From positions 17,303 through 81,302 of the forward strand of contig JAYOTF010000002.1 of assembly GCA_038150265.1 (NCBI GenBank): a stretch of 64,000 nucleotides of DNA. The letters run 5' to 3'. The translations under genes were made by a program, and so were the position numbers. Numbering within the stretch: the first letter of the stretch is position 1; each line of letters begins with the position of its first letter. The DNA comes from Deltaproteobacteria bacterium. Its GTDB lineage: Bacteria > SAR324 > NAC60-12. Shown in pieces: positions 1 to 10,070 of this stretch. A model generated the notes under the pieces. It was not told the DNA's origin, made no database searches, and was given only the letters and a program-made list of their open reading frames with translations.

Positions 1-97
1 GGCGCGTCAAGTGGGGATTCCGGCGGTCCGGAAAATCAATTTAGCACTCACTTTATCAGAGTGCTAACAAGAACGCAACGGGGGGAGGGGAGGAGGC

Positions 98-1507
98 TCA
101 GGGTGCCTGGAGGAGTTGGGAGACCTGTTCCATATGCGTGGAGCGGGAGCCCTTGATGAGCACGACGTCTCCGGGCTGGATGGACTGACGGAGCTGGGTG
201 GCGAGTTGCTGATGATCAGCGGCAATGCTGAAGGCTTCTGGTGCTCCGGAGCCTTCGCGCCAGCCCTCTTCATAGAATTCGGCACGCTCGTCAGCGAGGG
301 TCCAGAAGGCCGACACCCCCCACGAGGCGGCAGCCTGAGCGACCTGACGGTGGAGCATGGGGGCCCACTCGCCGAGTTCGGCCATGGGGCCTGCGGCGAG
401 GAGGAGCCGCTGGTGGGGGAACATCTGCCGGAGGCTGGAGATCATGCTCCGGAAGGAGTCGGGGTTGGCATTGTAGGAGTCGTCAATGAGCATCCATCCG
501 TCTTGCTGGAGCTGCTGGAACCGGCCCGTGATGTTGAGCTGCAGGGCCTCGACGGCGTGTTGCAGGTCCGGAAGCGCCACTCCTTTGGCAGCCAGAAGGG
601 TCAGGCTGGCCACGAGGTTCCGGAGGTGCAAGGGGTTGTGGAGGGGGGCCTGAAACGCGACCCCCTGCCACTGAAACTGCACGCCGTCCGGAGTCCATTC
701 GATGGCGGTCAAGGTCGAGTCCGGACCTTGCGGCTCGAGTGAATAGGGCAGCAGGGTGACTCCCGCGGTTTGCGCGGCCTGCTGGATCAGGCCCCGGTGC
801 AGGAGGTCGTGAGGAATGACCACCGGCGACTCGGGCTTCATGCCACTGAAGAGTCCGGACTTCTCACGGGCCACGCCTTCCGTGCTGCCGAGAAACTCCA
901 GGTGCGACTCTCCGATGTTGGTGAGGATGCCGCCGTCGGGTTGGGCCATCTGCGAGAGGGCTTCGATTTCTCCATGCTGATTGGTTCCCATTTCCAGCAC
1001 CCACCAATCGGCCTCCAGGGGGCCCGAGAGGATGGTCTTGGGAACACCAATGAGGTTGTTGTAGTTGACCTCGGTGGCATGCGACCGTGCGTCGAGGGAG
1101 CGGCAGAGGCTGGCAAGGATTTCCTTGGTAGAGGTCTTCCCGCTGCTGCCGGTGATGCCGAGGACGGTGCCCGTGAAGCGCTGGCGGAAGTCAGCTGCCC
1201 ACTCGCGCAGAGCCCGGTTCGGGTCGGGAACCAGCAGGCGCGGAAACGGACGCTCGGCCAGCTCGGCGGGCAGGCGCAGCGGGTCGGCGATCACTCCGGC
1301 GGCTCCGGCCTCCAGGGCCGCCGCCATGTGGTCGTGTCCGTCCATGTGTTCCCCCTTGAGGCAGAGGAACCAGTCGCCGGGTTGGAGGGTCCGGGTATCG
1401 GTGCTGTAGCGGGTGATGCGCAGGTCGTCAGAAGCGTGCTCGGAGGTGGCACCATGAATGATTTGCTTCATCTCAGCGAGGCTATATACTTTCTGTATTG
1501 GATTCAC
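98..1507 (-). CDS. murF: UDP-N-acetylmuramoyl-tripeptide--D-Ala-D-Ala ligase
   Basis: Motifs STDTR, GITGSSGKTSTKE, NYNNLIGVP, LEMG, DDSYNANPDS, LIKGSR. Start uncertain (GTG 1507, ATG 1537 or ATG 1471). Confidence 0.95.
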   Translation of the reverse strand: MNPIQKVYSLAEMKQIIHGATSEHASDDLRITRYSTDTRTLQPGDWFLCLKGEHMDGHDHMAAALEAGAAGVIADPLRLPAELAERPFPRLLVPDPNRALREWAADFRQRFTGTVLGITGSSGKTSTKEILASLCRSLDARSHATEVNYNNLIGVPKTILSGPLEADWWVLEMGTNQHGEIEALSQMAQPDGGILTNIGESHLEFLGSTEGVAREKSGLFSGMKPESPVVIPHDLLHRGLIQQAAQTAGVTLLPYSLEPQGPDSTLTAIEWTPDGVQFQWQGVAFQAPLHNPLHLRNLVASLTLLAAKGVALPDLQHAVEALQLNITGRFQQLQQDGWMLIDDSYNANPDSFRSMISSLRQMFPHQRLLLAAGPMAELGEWAPMLHRQVAQAAASWGVSAFWTLADERAEFYEEGWREGSGAPEAFSIAADHQQLATQLRQSIQPGDVVLIKGSRSTHMEQVSQLLQAP

Positions 1508-1535
1508 TTTCACTACTAACGCATCAGGGTTTATC

Positions 1536-2612
1536 ATGTCTTCGCTTCAGCAACAGTTTGAAGAAGCCTTCGGTCGCATTCAACTCGACGATGGAACGTC
1601 CTTGGGGAGTGCAAACATCGTGTACGGCTGTGTGGTCAACAACGACTTTGCCAAGGTCACACTGGTTCTCCCAGAGGGTTCGCCCTTGCGTCAATCGCTT
1701 CCGGCACGCGTCGAGGCGGAAATCACGCAGATTCCAGCCATCCAGCGGGTTGCCGTAGAGGTGCTGGCGGAACCGCCACAGGAAGAAGGAGCGGCGCCTC
1801 AAGCGGCTCCGCAGCGTCCGACTCAGCAGCCTCGGCGAACGGCCTACCTGCAAAACTACGACTGTGTGCTCGCAGTTGCCAGCGGAAAGGGGGGCGTGGG
1901 CAAATCCACCGTTTCCGTGAACCTCGCCCTGGCCCTTCAGCAAAAGGGCTTCCGGGTCAGTTTGTTTGATGCCGACATCTACGGTCCCAGCATGCCCATC
2001 ATGACCGGCATGCGGGGCATCAAGCCTCCGGTTCATGGCAACAAGCTGTACCCGATTGAAGCCCATGGCCTGACGATGATGTCCATTGGCAACCTGGTGG
2101 AGGAGGACTCTTCGGTGGTGTGGCGTGGACCCATGGTGCACTCCGCCATCGACCAACTGCTGCGGGACACCGAATGGCCCGGAGGAGAGTTCATGGTGAT
2201 TGACATGCCGCCCGGAACCGGCGATGCTCACCTCTCGTTGTCGCAGCTTTGCGAGCTGACCGGAGCCGTGGTCGTCTCGACTCCGCAGGATGTGGCGCTG
2301 CTGGATGCGGCCAAGGCGGTCAACATGTTCACGAAGGTGGACATCCCGATCCTGGGCATTGTGGAGAACATGAGCTTCTTTGCCTGCCCGAAGTGCGGTG
2401 AGGAGACCCCGATCTTCAACCGGCACGGGGCCGAACAGGCCAGCAAGGAATACGAGGTCCCGTTCCTGGGCGCCATCCCGATTGAGCTGGACGTTCGGGC
2501 CGGAGGAGATGCCGGGACGCCGCTGATGATGCAGAAGCGCGACACCCCGGCAACCCGCGCCTTCTCGCAGATTGCCGATAACCTGATCGCGTCTCTCGAA
2601 GACCTGGCCTGA
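1536..2612 (+). CDS. mrp: Mrp/ApbC/NBP35 Fe-S cluster carrier ATPase
   Basis: ASGKGGVGKSTV, DADIYGPS, WRGPM, DMPPGTGD, VENMS..CPKC. ATG at 1536 preferred over 1458. Confidence 0.93.
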   Translation: MSSLQQQFEEAFGRIQLDDGTSLGSANIVYGCVVNNDFAKVTLVLPEGSPLRQSLPARVEAEITQIPAIQRVAVEVLAEPPQEEGAAPQAAPQRPTQQPRRTAYLQNYDCVLAVASGKGGVGKSTVSVNLALALQQKGFRVSLFDADIYGPSMPIMTGMRGIKPPVHGNKLYPIEAHGLTMMSIGNLVEEDSSVVWRGPMVHSAIDQLLRDTEWPGGEFMVIDMPPGTGDAHLSLSQLCELTGAVVVSTPQDVALLDAAKAVNMFTKVDIPILGIVENMSFFACPKCGEETPIFNRHGAEQASKEYEVPFLGAIPIELDVRAGGDAGTPLMMQKRDTPATRAFSQIADNLIASLEDLA

Positions 2613-2633
2613 TCCTCAGAACACACGGAGCCC

Positions 2634-2990
2634 ATGAGTAGCATTCTGGAAGCAAGCGAACGCCCCTGGGGGCGTTATGTGGTCCTGGCTGATGAAGCCG
2701 ATCACAAGGTGAAGCGCATCACTGTCAAACCCGGCCAGCGCCTCAGCCTGCAGAGCCACCAACACCGCTCAGAGCACTGGTTTGTCGTGAAGGGCAGCGG
2801 ACGCGTGACGCTGAATGACGGCCTGGTGGAGCTGGGCCCCGGAGAAGCCGTGGACATTCCCCAAACCACCCGGCACCGCATGGAAAACGTGGGGTCCGAC
2901 GACCTCGTCTTTGTGGAAATTCAGACCGGAAGCTACTTTGGGGAAGACGACATTGAGCGTTTTGAAGACGACTACGGTCGCAGCCAGTAA
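2634..2990 (+). CDS. stand-alone cupin, mannose-6-phosphate isomerase type II C-terminal-like
   Basis: ERPWG, VKRITVKPGQRLSLQSHQHRSEHW, GEDDIERFEDDYGR. Confidence 0.88.
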   Translation: MSSILEASERPWGRYVVLADEADHKVKRITVKPGQRLSLQSHQHRSEHWFVVKGSGRVTLNDGLVELGPGEAVDIPQTTRHRMENVGSDDLVFVEIQTGSYFGEDDIERFEDDYGRSQ

Positions 2991-3020
2991 CGGCTGATTC
3001 CTCCTCATTCAAGGTCCCCT

Positions 3021-5165
3021 GTGTCCGCCACTCCCTGCTTTTTGCCATGCCCCAAGAGCCTGGAACCGCTGCTGGTTGCCGAGCTGGAGGGGTGGGGGAT
3101 CGACGCCGCTGCGGTTACCGCTGGGGTGCTGACCCAACTCACTCAGGAGCAGGCGTACCAGGCCTGCCTCTGGTCGCGCCTCGCCAGCCGAGTCCTCTGG
3201 CGGGTGGCGGAAGCGCCCGTCACGGACGAAGCGCAGCTCTACGCCTTTGCCCGCGCTGTGCCGTGGGAAGACCACCTGGACCCCACTCGGACCTTCGCCG
3301 TGCAGGCCACGGCCCACCACTCTCCCCTGCAAAATACCCACTACGCCGCGCTGCGGGTGAAGGATGCGATCGTCGACCGCTTCCGAGACCGCACCGGGGG
3401 ACGTCCCTCGGTGGACCTTGAGGCTCCGGACCTGCGGCTGATGCTGCACCTTTCGGAAGACTGGGGGCAGCTCTACCTCGACTTTTCCGGAGACAGCCTC
3501 CACCGCCGGGGCTACCGGGAAGGAGCAGGAGAGGCACCGCTCAAGGAAAATCTGGCGGCAGCCGTGCTGGTGCTTGCAGGGTGGCCCGAAATTGCGGCGT
3601 CCGGAGGCTCGTTGCTGGACCCACTCTGTGGCGTGGGGACGTTGCCTTTGGAAGCGGCGCTCATGGCTGCAGACGTGGCCCCCGGGCTCCACCGCCGGCG
3701 GTTTGGCTTTGAAGGCTGGCTGCAGCACGACCCAGGGGTGTGGCAGCGACTGAAGGCAACCGCCCGGGCCCGCCGAGAAGCCGGACTGTCGCGCTTGCCC
3801 AAACTGATCGGTTACGATGCCGACGGACGTCTGATCCGCAAGGCCCTGGAGGCCCGAGACCGTCTGGGCCTGCAGCAGCATGTCCACTTTGAGAAGCGGG
3901 AGCTGGGGCAGCTGGAAGCCGGGACTGCGCCTCCGGGACTCGTGGTTGCGAACCCTCCTTACGGCGAGCGGCTGGGGTCGTTGCCGCAGCTGTTGCCCCT
4001 CTATGCGCATTTCGGTAGCCGGCTCAAGCAGGCATTTGGTGGCTGGCGTGGCGCGGTCCTGACGTCTGAGCCCGAGCTGGCCAAGGCCCTGGGGGTCCGG
4101 GCAGACAAGCGTCCGGTGCTTTACAATGGTCGGCTGGCCTGCCGGCTTTACGCGTTTGACCTGCACACCCGGACCGAGCCCGGGGCACCCCGGCTGGCTT
4201 CGTCGCTGGAGCTGCTGGCTCCAGAGGATCCGGTTCGGATGCTCGTCAACCGGATCCGCAAGAACCAGAAGCGCCTGAAGTCGTGGCTGCAGCGTGACCG
4301 GGTGACATGCTTTCGGGTCTATGATGCGGACCTTCCCGAGTACAACCTGGCGGTGGATGTGTATGAAGGCTGGGGCGTGGTGCAGGAGTACCAGGCGCCT
4401 TCCAGCGTTGACCCGCAAAAGGCGCAGCAACGTCTGCGTGCCGCCTTGACGGTCTTGCCCGAAGTGCTGGGGGTGCCTCCGGAGCGCCTCGCCTTCAAGG
4501 TCCGGGGCCGTCAGCGCAAGGGCTTCCGCTATGAGGGGGGCAAGCCCCAGCGGGACTTCCACGAGGTGGGCGAGTCTGGAATGCGGTTCTGGGTCAACTT
4601 CACAGACACCCTGGACACCGGGCTGTTTCTGGATCATCGGGGAACACGCAAGTGGATCCGGGAGCAGGCCCGCAACGCGCGCTTCCTCAACCTCTTTGGC
4701 TACACCGGAACCGCCACCATTGCTGCTGCCAAGGGCGGGGCCTGCGAGACCACCACCGTGGACCTCTCTCCGCGCTTTCTGGAGTGGGCTCAGCAGAACC
4801 TCGCGCTCAATGGCCTCTCTGAGCGCAAGCATCGGCTCATTCGGGCGGATGTGCCGGCCTGGCTGGCTCAGGCTTCCGGACGCTTCGACCTGATCTTTGT
4901 GGACCCGCCGACGTTTTCAAACTCCGCCCGGGCCGAGGACTTCGACCTCCAGCGCGACCACGTCTCCCTGCTGCGTCAGGCCATGCGCCTGCTGGCTCCA
5001 GAGGGCACCCTGCTCTTTACCAATCACTTCCGGCGGTTTAAACTGGCTCCGGAACTGGAAGCGGAGTTTCTCTGCGAAAGCCTCCACTCCCGGACCCTCC
5101 CGCCTGACTTTGCCCGCAATCCCAAAATTCACGGGGCCTGGACCCTCAGACACCGAAGCTCATGA
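3021..5165 (+). CDS. rlmKL: bifunctional 23S rRNA m2G2445/m7G2069 methyltransferase
   Basis: THUMP region, SLHRRGYR, APLKENLAAA, NPPYGERL, DTGLFLDHR, FLNLFGYTG, DPPTFSNS; 714 aa. Confidence 0.95.
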   Translation: MSATPCFLPCPKSLEPLLVAELEGWGIDAAAVTAGVLTQLTQEQAYQACLWSRLASRVLWRVAEAPVTDEAQLYAFARAVPWEDHLDPTRTFAVQATAHHSPLQNTHYAALRVKDAIVDRFRDRTGGRPSVDLEAPDLRLMLHLSEDWGQLYLDFSGDSLHRRGYREGAGEAPLKENLAAAVLVLAGWPEIAASGGSLLDPLCGVGTLPLEAALMAADVAPGLHRRRFGFEGWLQHDPGVWQRLKATARARREAGLSRLPKLIGYDADGRLIRKALEARDRLGLQQHVHFEKRELGQLEAGTAPPGLVVANPPYGERLGSLPQLLPLYAHFGSRLKQAFGGWRGAVLTSEPELAKALGVRADKRPVLYNGRLACRLYAFDLHTRTEPGAPRLASSLELLAPEDPVRMLVNRIRKNQKRLKSWLQRDRVTCFRVYDADLPEYNLAVDVYEGWGVVQEYQAPSSVDPQKAQQRLRAALTVLPEVLGVPPERLAFKVRGRQRKGFRYEGGKPQRDFHEVGESGMRFWVNFTDTLDTGLFLDHRGTRKWIREQARNARFLNLFGYTGTATIAAAKGGACETTTVDLSPRFLEWAQQNLALNGLSERKHRLIRADVPAWLAQASGRFDLIFVDPPTFSNSARAEDFDLQRDHVSLLRQAMRLLAPEGTLLFTNHFRRFKLAPELEAEFLCESLHSRTLPPDFARNPKIHGAWTLRHRSS

Positions 5166-5668
5166 AACGCTGGTTGCTGTTCCTTCTCATTGCCCTCACC
5201 GCCTGGACGGTCGGCGCCCAAGACCCTGTCACCCGAACCGACGTGTTGCCGTTGCTCGAAGGGCGGCACTGGGAGTTGCCCACGGAGCGGCTCCAGGAGT
5301 TGGGTCCGGACGCGGTGCCGGTGCTGCAGTCCATTGCCGACGACACGGCGCTCATCAACTACCTCCGTTTTCGGGCGCTGGAAGCCCTCGGCGTTTTTCC
5401 AACAGACGCGACCGCCACCTACTTGGAAGGCGTGGCGCGGAGCGGCCAGCGGTACTTCGCCCGCCGGGGGCTGAGCGCGTTTGAGCGAGGCTTTCAGGAA
5501 ACCCGACCCGAGCAGGTCCGGAGCCTCGCCCGTGAGCTTTCAGACGCCCCGCTTCCGGAGGTCCGCATCACCGCTGGGCGGGTGCTGAAGTCGGTGGACC
5601 CTCCCGCGTTTCAACAGATGCTGAACCGAGAGTCCCAGCCCTGGGTCCGTCGAGAGCTGAGCCAATGA
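5162..5668 (+). CDS. exported HEAT-repeat-like hypothetical protein
   Basis: Signal peptide, helical repeats (RFRALEALG, EVRITAGRVL); ATGA overlap with rlmKL. Confidence 0.6.
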   Translation: MKRWLLFLLIALTAWTVGAQDPVTRTDVLPLLEGRHWELPTERLQELGPDAVPVLQSIADDTALINYLRFRALEALGVFPTDATATYLEGVARSGQRYFARRGLSAFERGFQETRPEQVRSLARELSDAPLPEVRITAGRVLKSVDPPAFQQMLNRESQPWVRRELSQ

Positions 5669-6270
5669 GGCAGCGACACTGGGTGTTTGACATGGACGGG
5701 ACGCTGACGATTGCCGCCCATGACTTTCCGGCCATCAAGCGCGAGTTGGGCATTCCGGAAGATCAGCCCATTGTCCGGACGCTCAATGCGATGCCAGAGG
5801 ACCAGGCGGCGCCCCTGCGGGCTCGGCTTCAGGAGATTGAGGAAGAAATTGCCCGGAAGGCGCAACCGGCGCCGGGTGTGCAGGAGCTGCTGGAAACCCT
5901 CACCCGGCAGGGCCGTCGACTGGGCATCCTGACCCTCAACTCCCGGGAAAATGCGTGGCTGACCCTGGAAGCCCTGAACCTGGCGCATTTTTTTGACCCG
6001 GCAACGGTGCTGGGCCGCTGGTGCCTGCCGAACCCGAAACCGGCCCCGGACGGGCTGCGTCATTTGCTGCACCACTGGCAGAGCCCTCCGGACGATGCGG
6101 TGATGGTGGGAGACTTCCGCTGGGACCTGGAAACGGGCCGCGCCGCCGGTGTGGAGACCGTTCACATCGACCCTTCCTCCACCTACGAATGGCCCGAACT
6201 GACGGACCATCGCTTCTCTTCCCTCACCGCTCTTCAGCAGCACCTTCAGGCGAAGGATGCCTCCCGCTGA
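5665..6270 (+). CDS. HAD-family hydrolase
   Basis: FDMDGTL, KPAPDG, MVGD...D motifs. Confidence 0.92.
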   Translation: MRQRHWVFDMDGTLTIAAHDFPAIKRELGIPEDQPIVRTLNAMPEDQAAPLRARLQEIEEEIARKAQPAPGVQELLETLTRQGRRLGILTLNSRENAWLTLEALNLAHFFDPATVLGRWCLPNPKPAPDGLRHLLHHWQSPPDDAVMVGDFRWDLETGRAAGVETVHIDPSSTYEWPELTDHRFSSLTALQQHLQAKDASR

Positions 6271-6449
6271 TGTCCAAAATCAACTCTTTTCCTACTGAGT
6301 GATTTACGTAGATTTCCTGCCGATTGCTCTGTAAAGATTCATTGATTTTTTGAGGAAATTGTCCTAGAACTGAGATCACTGACTCACTCCGGCAACCCCG
6401 CCCCTGTTGCTGTTCTGACCCGCGGAGACTGGCTCCCCGCCCCTCAAGC

Positions 6450-9400
6450 ATGTCGCTCTCAATCAAGCAAAAGCTGATGGCCGCATTTGCGGCGGTGCTG
6501 GTCCTGTCGACTGTTTCGATACTCATCGGAGTGTTCCAGCTGGACCGGCTGGATCGAACCCTTCAGCACATCACTCAAGACTCCTTTCCTGCTCTGACCC
6601 GCGCTCAGGAAATGCTCTCGCACACCTACGTCATGGAGGTGGAGACCCGGAACCTCGTGTCTGCGCAAGACGTTGCGCAGGCGCGCCAGGCCGTGACCGA
6701 ATTCAAGCGAGCGCATCAGGAGTTGGTGAAGGACCTGCACGGGTTGTACAACGGTCCTGCGGCCAATGAACAGAGCCTGAACCTGATTGCGCTGGACACG
6801 GGGCTGACGAACTACCTGGTGCAATTTGAGGATTTCAAGCGCCAGGCCCTGGCGTACCAGGAACTCAAGGGCGCGGAAGGCTCCCCGTTTGAGCAGGTGC
6901 AACGGCACGACCAGTTGGTGCGCGAGTTGATGCAGGAGCACAGCCCGGCCATTGATGAGCTTCAGCAGCACCTCACTCGCTTCATGGAGGGAACACGCCA
7001 GGCCTTGGAGGAGGATCAGCACCAGAGCGCCGACTGGTTCCTCAGTGTCCAAAACTCCATGTACGCCCTGCTGGGAGGAGCCATGATCATCGGCTTTGGC
7101 ATTGCCTTGCTGGTGTCTCGTGCAGTGACGCGTTCGTTGCAACTGGCGCAGTACCAGGCTTCTCAGGTGGTTGCCGGGAACCTCCAGGCGGTGGTGGAGT
7201 ATGCTGCCGACGATGAAGTGGGGGTCCTCATTCGGGACCTCAATCACATGACGGAAGTCCTCCAGCGCCTGCATGCGGAAAATGAGCAGCGGGCGTGGAT
7301 TGACCAGAACCTGGCGCGCCTGCATGAAACCGCTCGTGGCGAGAAGGGGCTGGCGGAGCTGAGTTCGCTGCTCCTGACCACTCTGGGGGAATCGCTCGAC
7401 GCGCCTCTGGGGACGCTGTACCTGCGGCGAGATGTGGACGAATCGGGCTACCCGTGGATTCAACCGGAACTGCAGCTGCTGGCAACCCGCGCCTTGAGTA
7501 AGGAGCAGGTGCCTGCGAGCTTTCGCTGGGGAGAGGGGCTCGTGGGACAGTCCGCAAAGGAAGGAAACTGGTTGCAGCTCCAGGAGGCGTCGCCGGGTTA
7601 CTTCACGGTGGCCTCCGGACTGGGGGCCATGCCGGCACCGTACCTGCTGGTGCTGCCCTTCTGGTTTGGGCAAGAGGTGCGTGGGGTGATTGAGCTGGCC
7701 TCGGTTCAGCCCTGGAGTGAGCTCAAGCTGGAGCTGCTGGAGCGGGCCCTGAAGGTGGTGGGCATTGCGGTTCAGGCAGCCCTCAACCGCGAGGAGCTGA
7801 TTGAGAGCCTCAAGGAGGCGCAGGCCTTCACGGAGGAACTGCAGACGCAGCAGGAAGAACTGCAGTCGACAAACGAAGAGCTGGCTGCTCAAAGTCGCGC
7901 GCTGGAGGTGTCTCAGGAAGAACTCTCGGAGCGGAACTTCCAGCTGGAGCAGACGCAGAGCGCCCTCAACACCCGCGCCCAGCAACTGCAGCAGGCCTCT
8001 CAGTACAAGTCGGAGTTTCTGGCAAACATGAGCCATGAGCTCCGGACCCCGCTCAACTCCATCCTTCTGCTCTCCCGCTCCCTGGTGCAAGGGGGAGGCG
8101 AGGGGGACGCCCGGGAGCATGCGCAGGTGATTCAAGACGCGGGGCAGGACCTGTTGCTGATGATCAACGACCTCCTCGACCTCTCCCGAATTGAGGCGGG
8201 GAAGATGCCGATTTCCCTCAGTCGCATCGACCTCAAGGAGTTTGTGCAGAGCTTCCAGCCGCTCTTTCAGCCACAGGCTGAGGCCCGTGGCGTTCGGTTC
8301 CAGATTGTTGCCGATGGGCCGTTGCCCGAGTTGGTGGAGAGCGACCGCACCCGCCTTCAGCAGGTGCTCCGGAACTTCCTCTCCAATGCCTTCAAGTTTA
8401 CGAAATCGGGCGAGGTGACGCTGCGTGTGGAGCCGGTTTCGGAGTCCATCATCAGCCACCTCGCGACCTATGATTCGCTGCAGACGCACCTCCGGGAGCG
8501 TCCGGGTGAGTATGTGGCCTTCAGTGTTTCAGATACGGGGCTGGGGATTCCCTACAACAAGTTTCAGCTCGTGTTTGAAGCCTTCCGGCAGGCCGATGGC
8601 TCCATCAGCCGAGAGTACGGAGGCACCGGACTTGGCTTGGCGATTTCTGCCCAGATTGCGCACCTGCTGGAAGGCGCCCTGGCTCTGCAGTCGTCGACGG
8701 ATCCGGAAACCCATGGATCGACCTTTAGCCTGGTGGTGCCGCTGCAACCGAGTGAGGCCCTGCTGGCCGTGGCCGATGAGACCGACCCGCATCCAGCGGT
8801 TCCGGAGGAGCGACCTGCCGAGGAGAAACCGGCCCTGCCACTGATGGATGACCGGCAGGAAGAGCAGGCCGGCGTCCGGACGCTGCTGGTGGTGGAAGAT
8901 GACCCGAATGAGGCGCAGCAGGCCCTGAACCTGGGGCGCGAGCTGGGGTTCCGGGTGCTGCATGCGTCCACAGGCATTGAGGGCTTGCGCCTGGCCGAGC
9001 AGCACCTGCCAACGATGGTGGTGCTCTCTACCGAGGCGTCGGTGCTCAACGGGTGGAGCATGTTGCGGCAACTCCGGAAGCACGATGCGACCAGCCACAT
9101 TCCGGTGGTGCTCCTTTCTCGCGAAGACGAGGAGGCGCTGGGACGGCGCCTGGGGGCCGTGGACTTTCTGCGCAAACCGGTTCCCTACGAGACGCTCCGG
9201 AAGGTGCTGGTTCAGGTGGAGGAGCGGCAGCAGCAGCCCGTCAAGCGCCTGCTGGTGGTTGGAGCCGATGAGGAGGAGCACCGCGAGCTTCATGATCTGC
9301 TGGAGTGCGGAAAGTCGCTGGAGTGCGAGGCGGTGATGCGTGGAGCGGCTGCGATTGAAGCCCTCCGGAAGCAGCACTTTGACGCGTGCATCCTCGACCT

Positions 9401-10070
9401 CTCGCTTCCGGACCTGAGTGGCTTTGAGGTGCTGAAACAGGTCCGCGAGGATCCGTCCATTGAGCGGGTGCCGATCATTGTCTACACGAACAAGTGCCTC
9501 ACGTTGGAAGAGGACCGCCGCCTCCGGGAAGAGGCGCAGTCGATCATTCTGAAGACTGCCGACTCTCCAGCCCGGTTACTGGAGGAAACCACCCTCTTCC
9601 TGCACCGCAGCCGGTCGGAGCTGAGCCCGCGGCGCCAGGGGATGCTGCAGCAACTTCAGCAGGCGGATGCCTTCTTTGATGGCAAGAAGGTGCTGCTTGC
9701 CGATGATGACATCCGGAACACCTACGCCCTCGCCAGCTTGCTCAAGAAGAAGGGCTTTCAGGTGATCACTGCGGCTGATGGTGCCGAGGCCCTGAAGCGG
9801 GCGGAGGAACAGGCGTCGGAGCTGTCACTGATCCTGATGGATGTGATGATGCCGGGAATGGATGGGCTGGAGGTGATCCGGCGCCTGAGGAAGCAGTCCC
9901 CGTTTGGGGAGCTGCCAATCCTGGCCCTGACGGCCAAGTCGATGAAGGAAGACCGAGAGGAGTGCCTGGCGGCAGGAGCCTCGGATTACCTGACGAAGCC
10001 GATTGATCAGGACCAACTGCTGTCGCTGATGCGCCTCTGGTTGAGCTTCCGGAGCCCACATGGATGTTGA
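6450..10070 (+). CDS. membrane hybrid sensor histidine kinase (periplasmic helical bundle, HAMP, GAF, HisKA, HATPase, 3 REC)
   Basis: Two TM helices, DEVG HAMP, GEGLVGQ GAF, FLANMSHELRTPLN, NAFKFT, DTGLG, GGTGLGL, three receiver domains. Confidence 0.93.
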   Translation: MSLSIKQKLMAAFAAVLVLSTVSILIGVFQLDRLDRTLQHITQDSFPALTRAQEMLSHTYVMEVETRNLVSAQDVAQARQAVTEFKRAHQELVKDLHGLYNGPAANEQSLNLIALDTGLTNYLVQFEDFKRQALAYQELKGAEGSPFEQVQRHDQLVRELMQEHSPAIDELQQHLTRFMEGTRQALEEDQHQSADWFLSVQNSMYALLGGAMIIGFGIALLVSRAVTRSLQLAQYQASQVVAGNLQAVVEYAADDEVGVLIRDLNHMTEVLQRLHAENEQRAWIDQNLARLHETARGEKGLAELSSLLLTTLGESLDAPLGTLYLRRDVDESGYPWIQPELQLLATRALSKEQVPASFRWGEGLVGQSAKEGNWLQLQEASPGYFTVASGLGAMPAPYLLVLPFWFGQEVRGVIELASVQPWSELKLELLERALKVVGIAVQAALNREELIESLKEAQAFTEELQTQQEELQSTNEELAAQSRALEVSQEELSERNFQLEQTQSALNTRAQQLQQASQYKSEFLANMSHELRTPLNSILLLSRSLVQGGGEGDAREHAQVIQDAGQDLLLMINDLLDLSRIEAGKMPISLSRIDLKEFVQSFQPLFQPQAEARGVRFQIVADGPLPELVESDRTRLQQVLRNFLSNAFKFTKSGEVTLRVEPVSESIISHLATYDSLQTHLRERPGEYVAFSVSDTGLGIPYNKFQLVFEAFRQADGSISREYGGTGLGLAISAQIAHLLEGALALQSSTDPETHGSTFSLVVPLQPSEALLAVADETDPHPAVPEERPAEEKPALPLMDDRQEEQAGVRTLLVVEDDPNEAQQALNLGRELGFRVLHASTGIEGLRLAEQHLPTMVVLSTEASVLNGWSMLRQLRKHDATSHIPVVLLSREDEEALGRRLGAVDFLRKPVPYETLRKVLVQVEERQQQPVKRLLVVGADEEEHRELHDLLECGKSLECEAVMRGAAAIEALRKQHFDACILDLSLPDLSGFEVLKQVREDPSIERVPIIVYTNKCLTLEEDRRLREEAQSIILKTADSPARLLEETTLFLHRSRSELSPRRQGMLQQLQQADAFFDGKKVLLADDDIRNTYALASLLKKKGFQVITAADGAEALKRAEEQASELSLILMDVMMPGMDGLEVIRRLRKQSPFGELPILALTAKSMKEDREECLAAGASDYLTKPIDQDQLLSLMRLWLSFRSPHGC

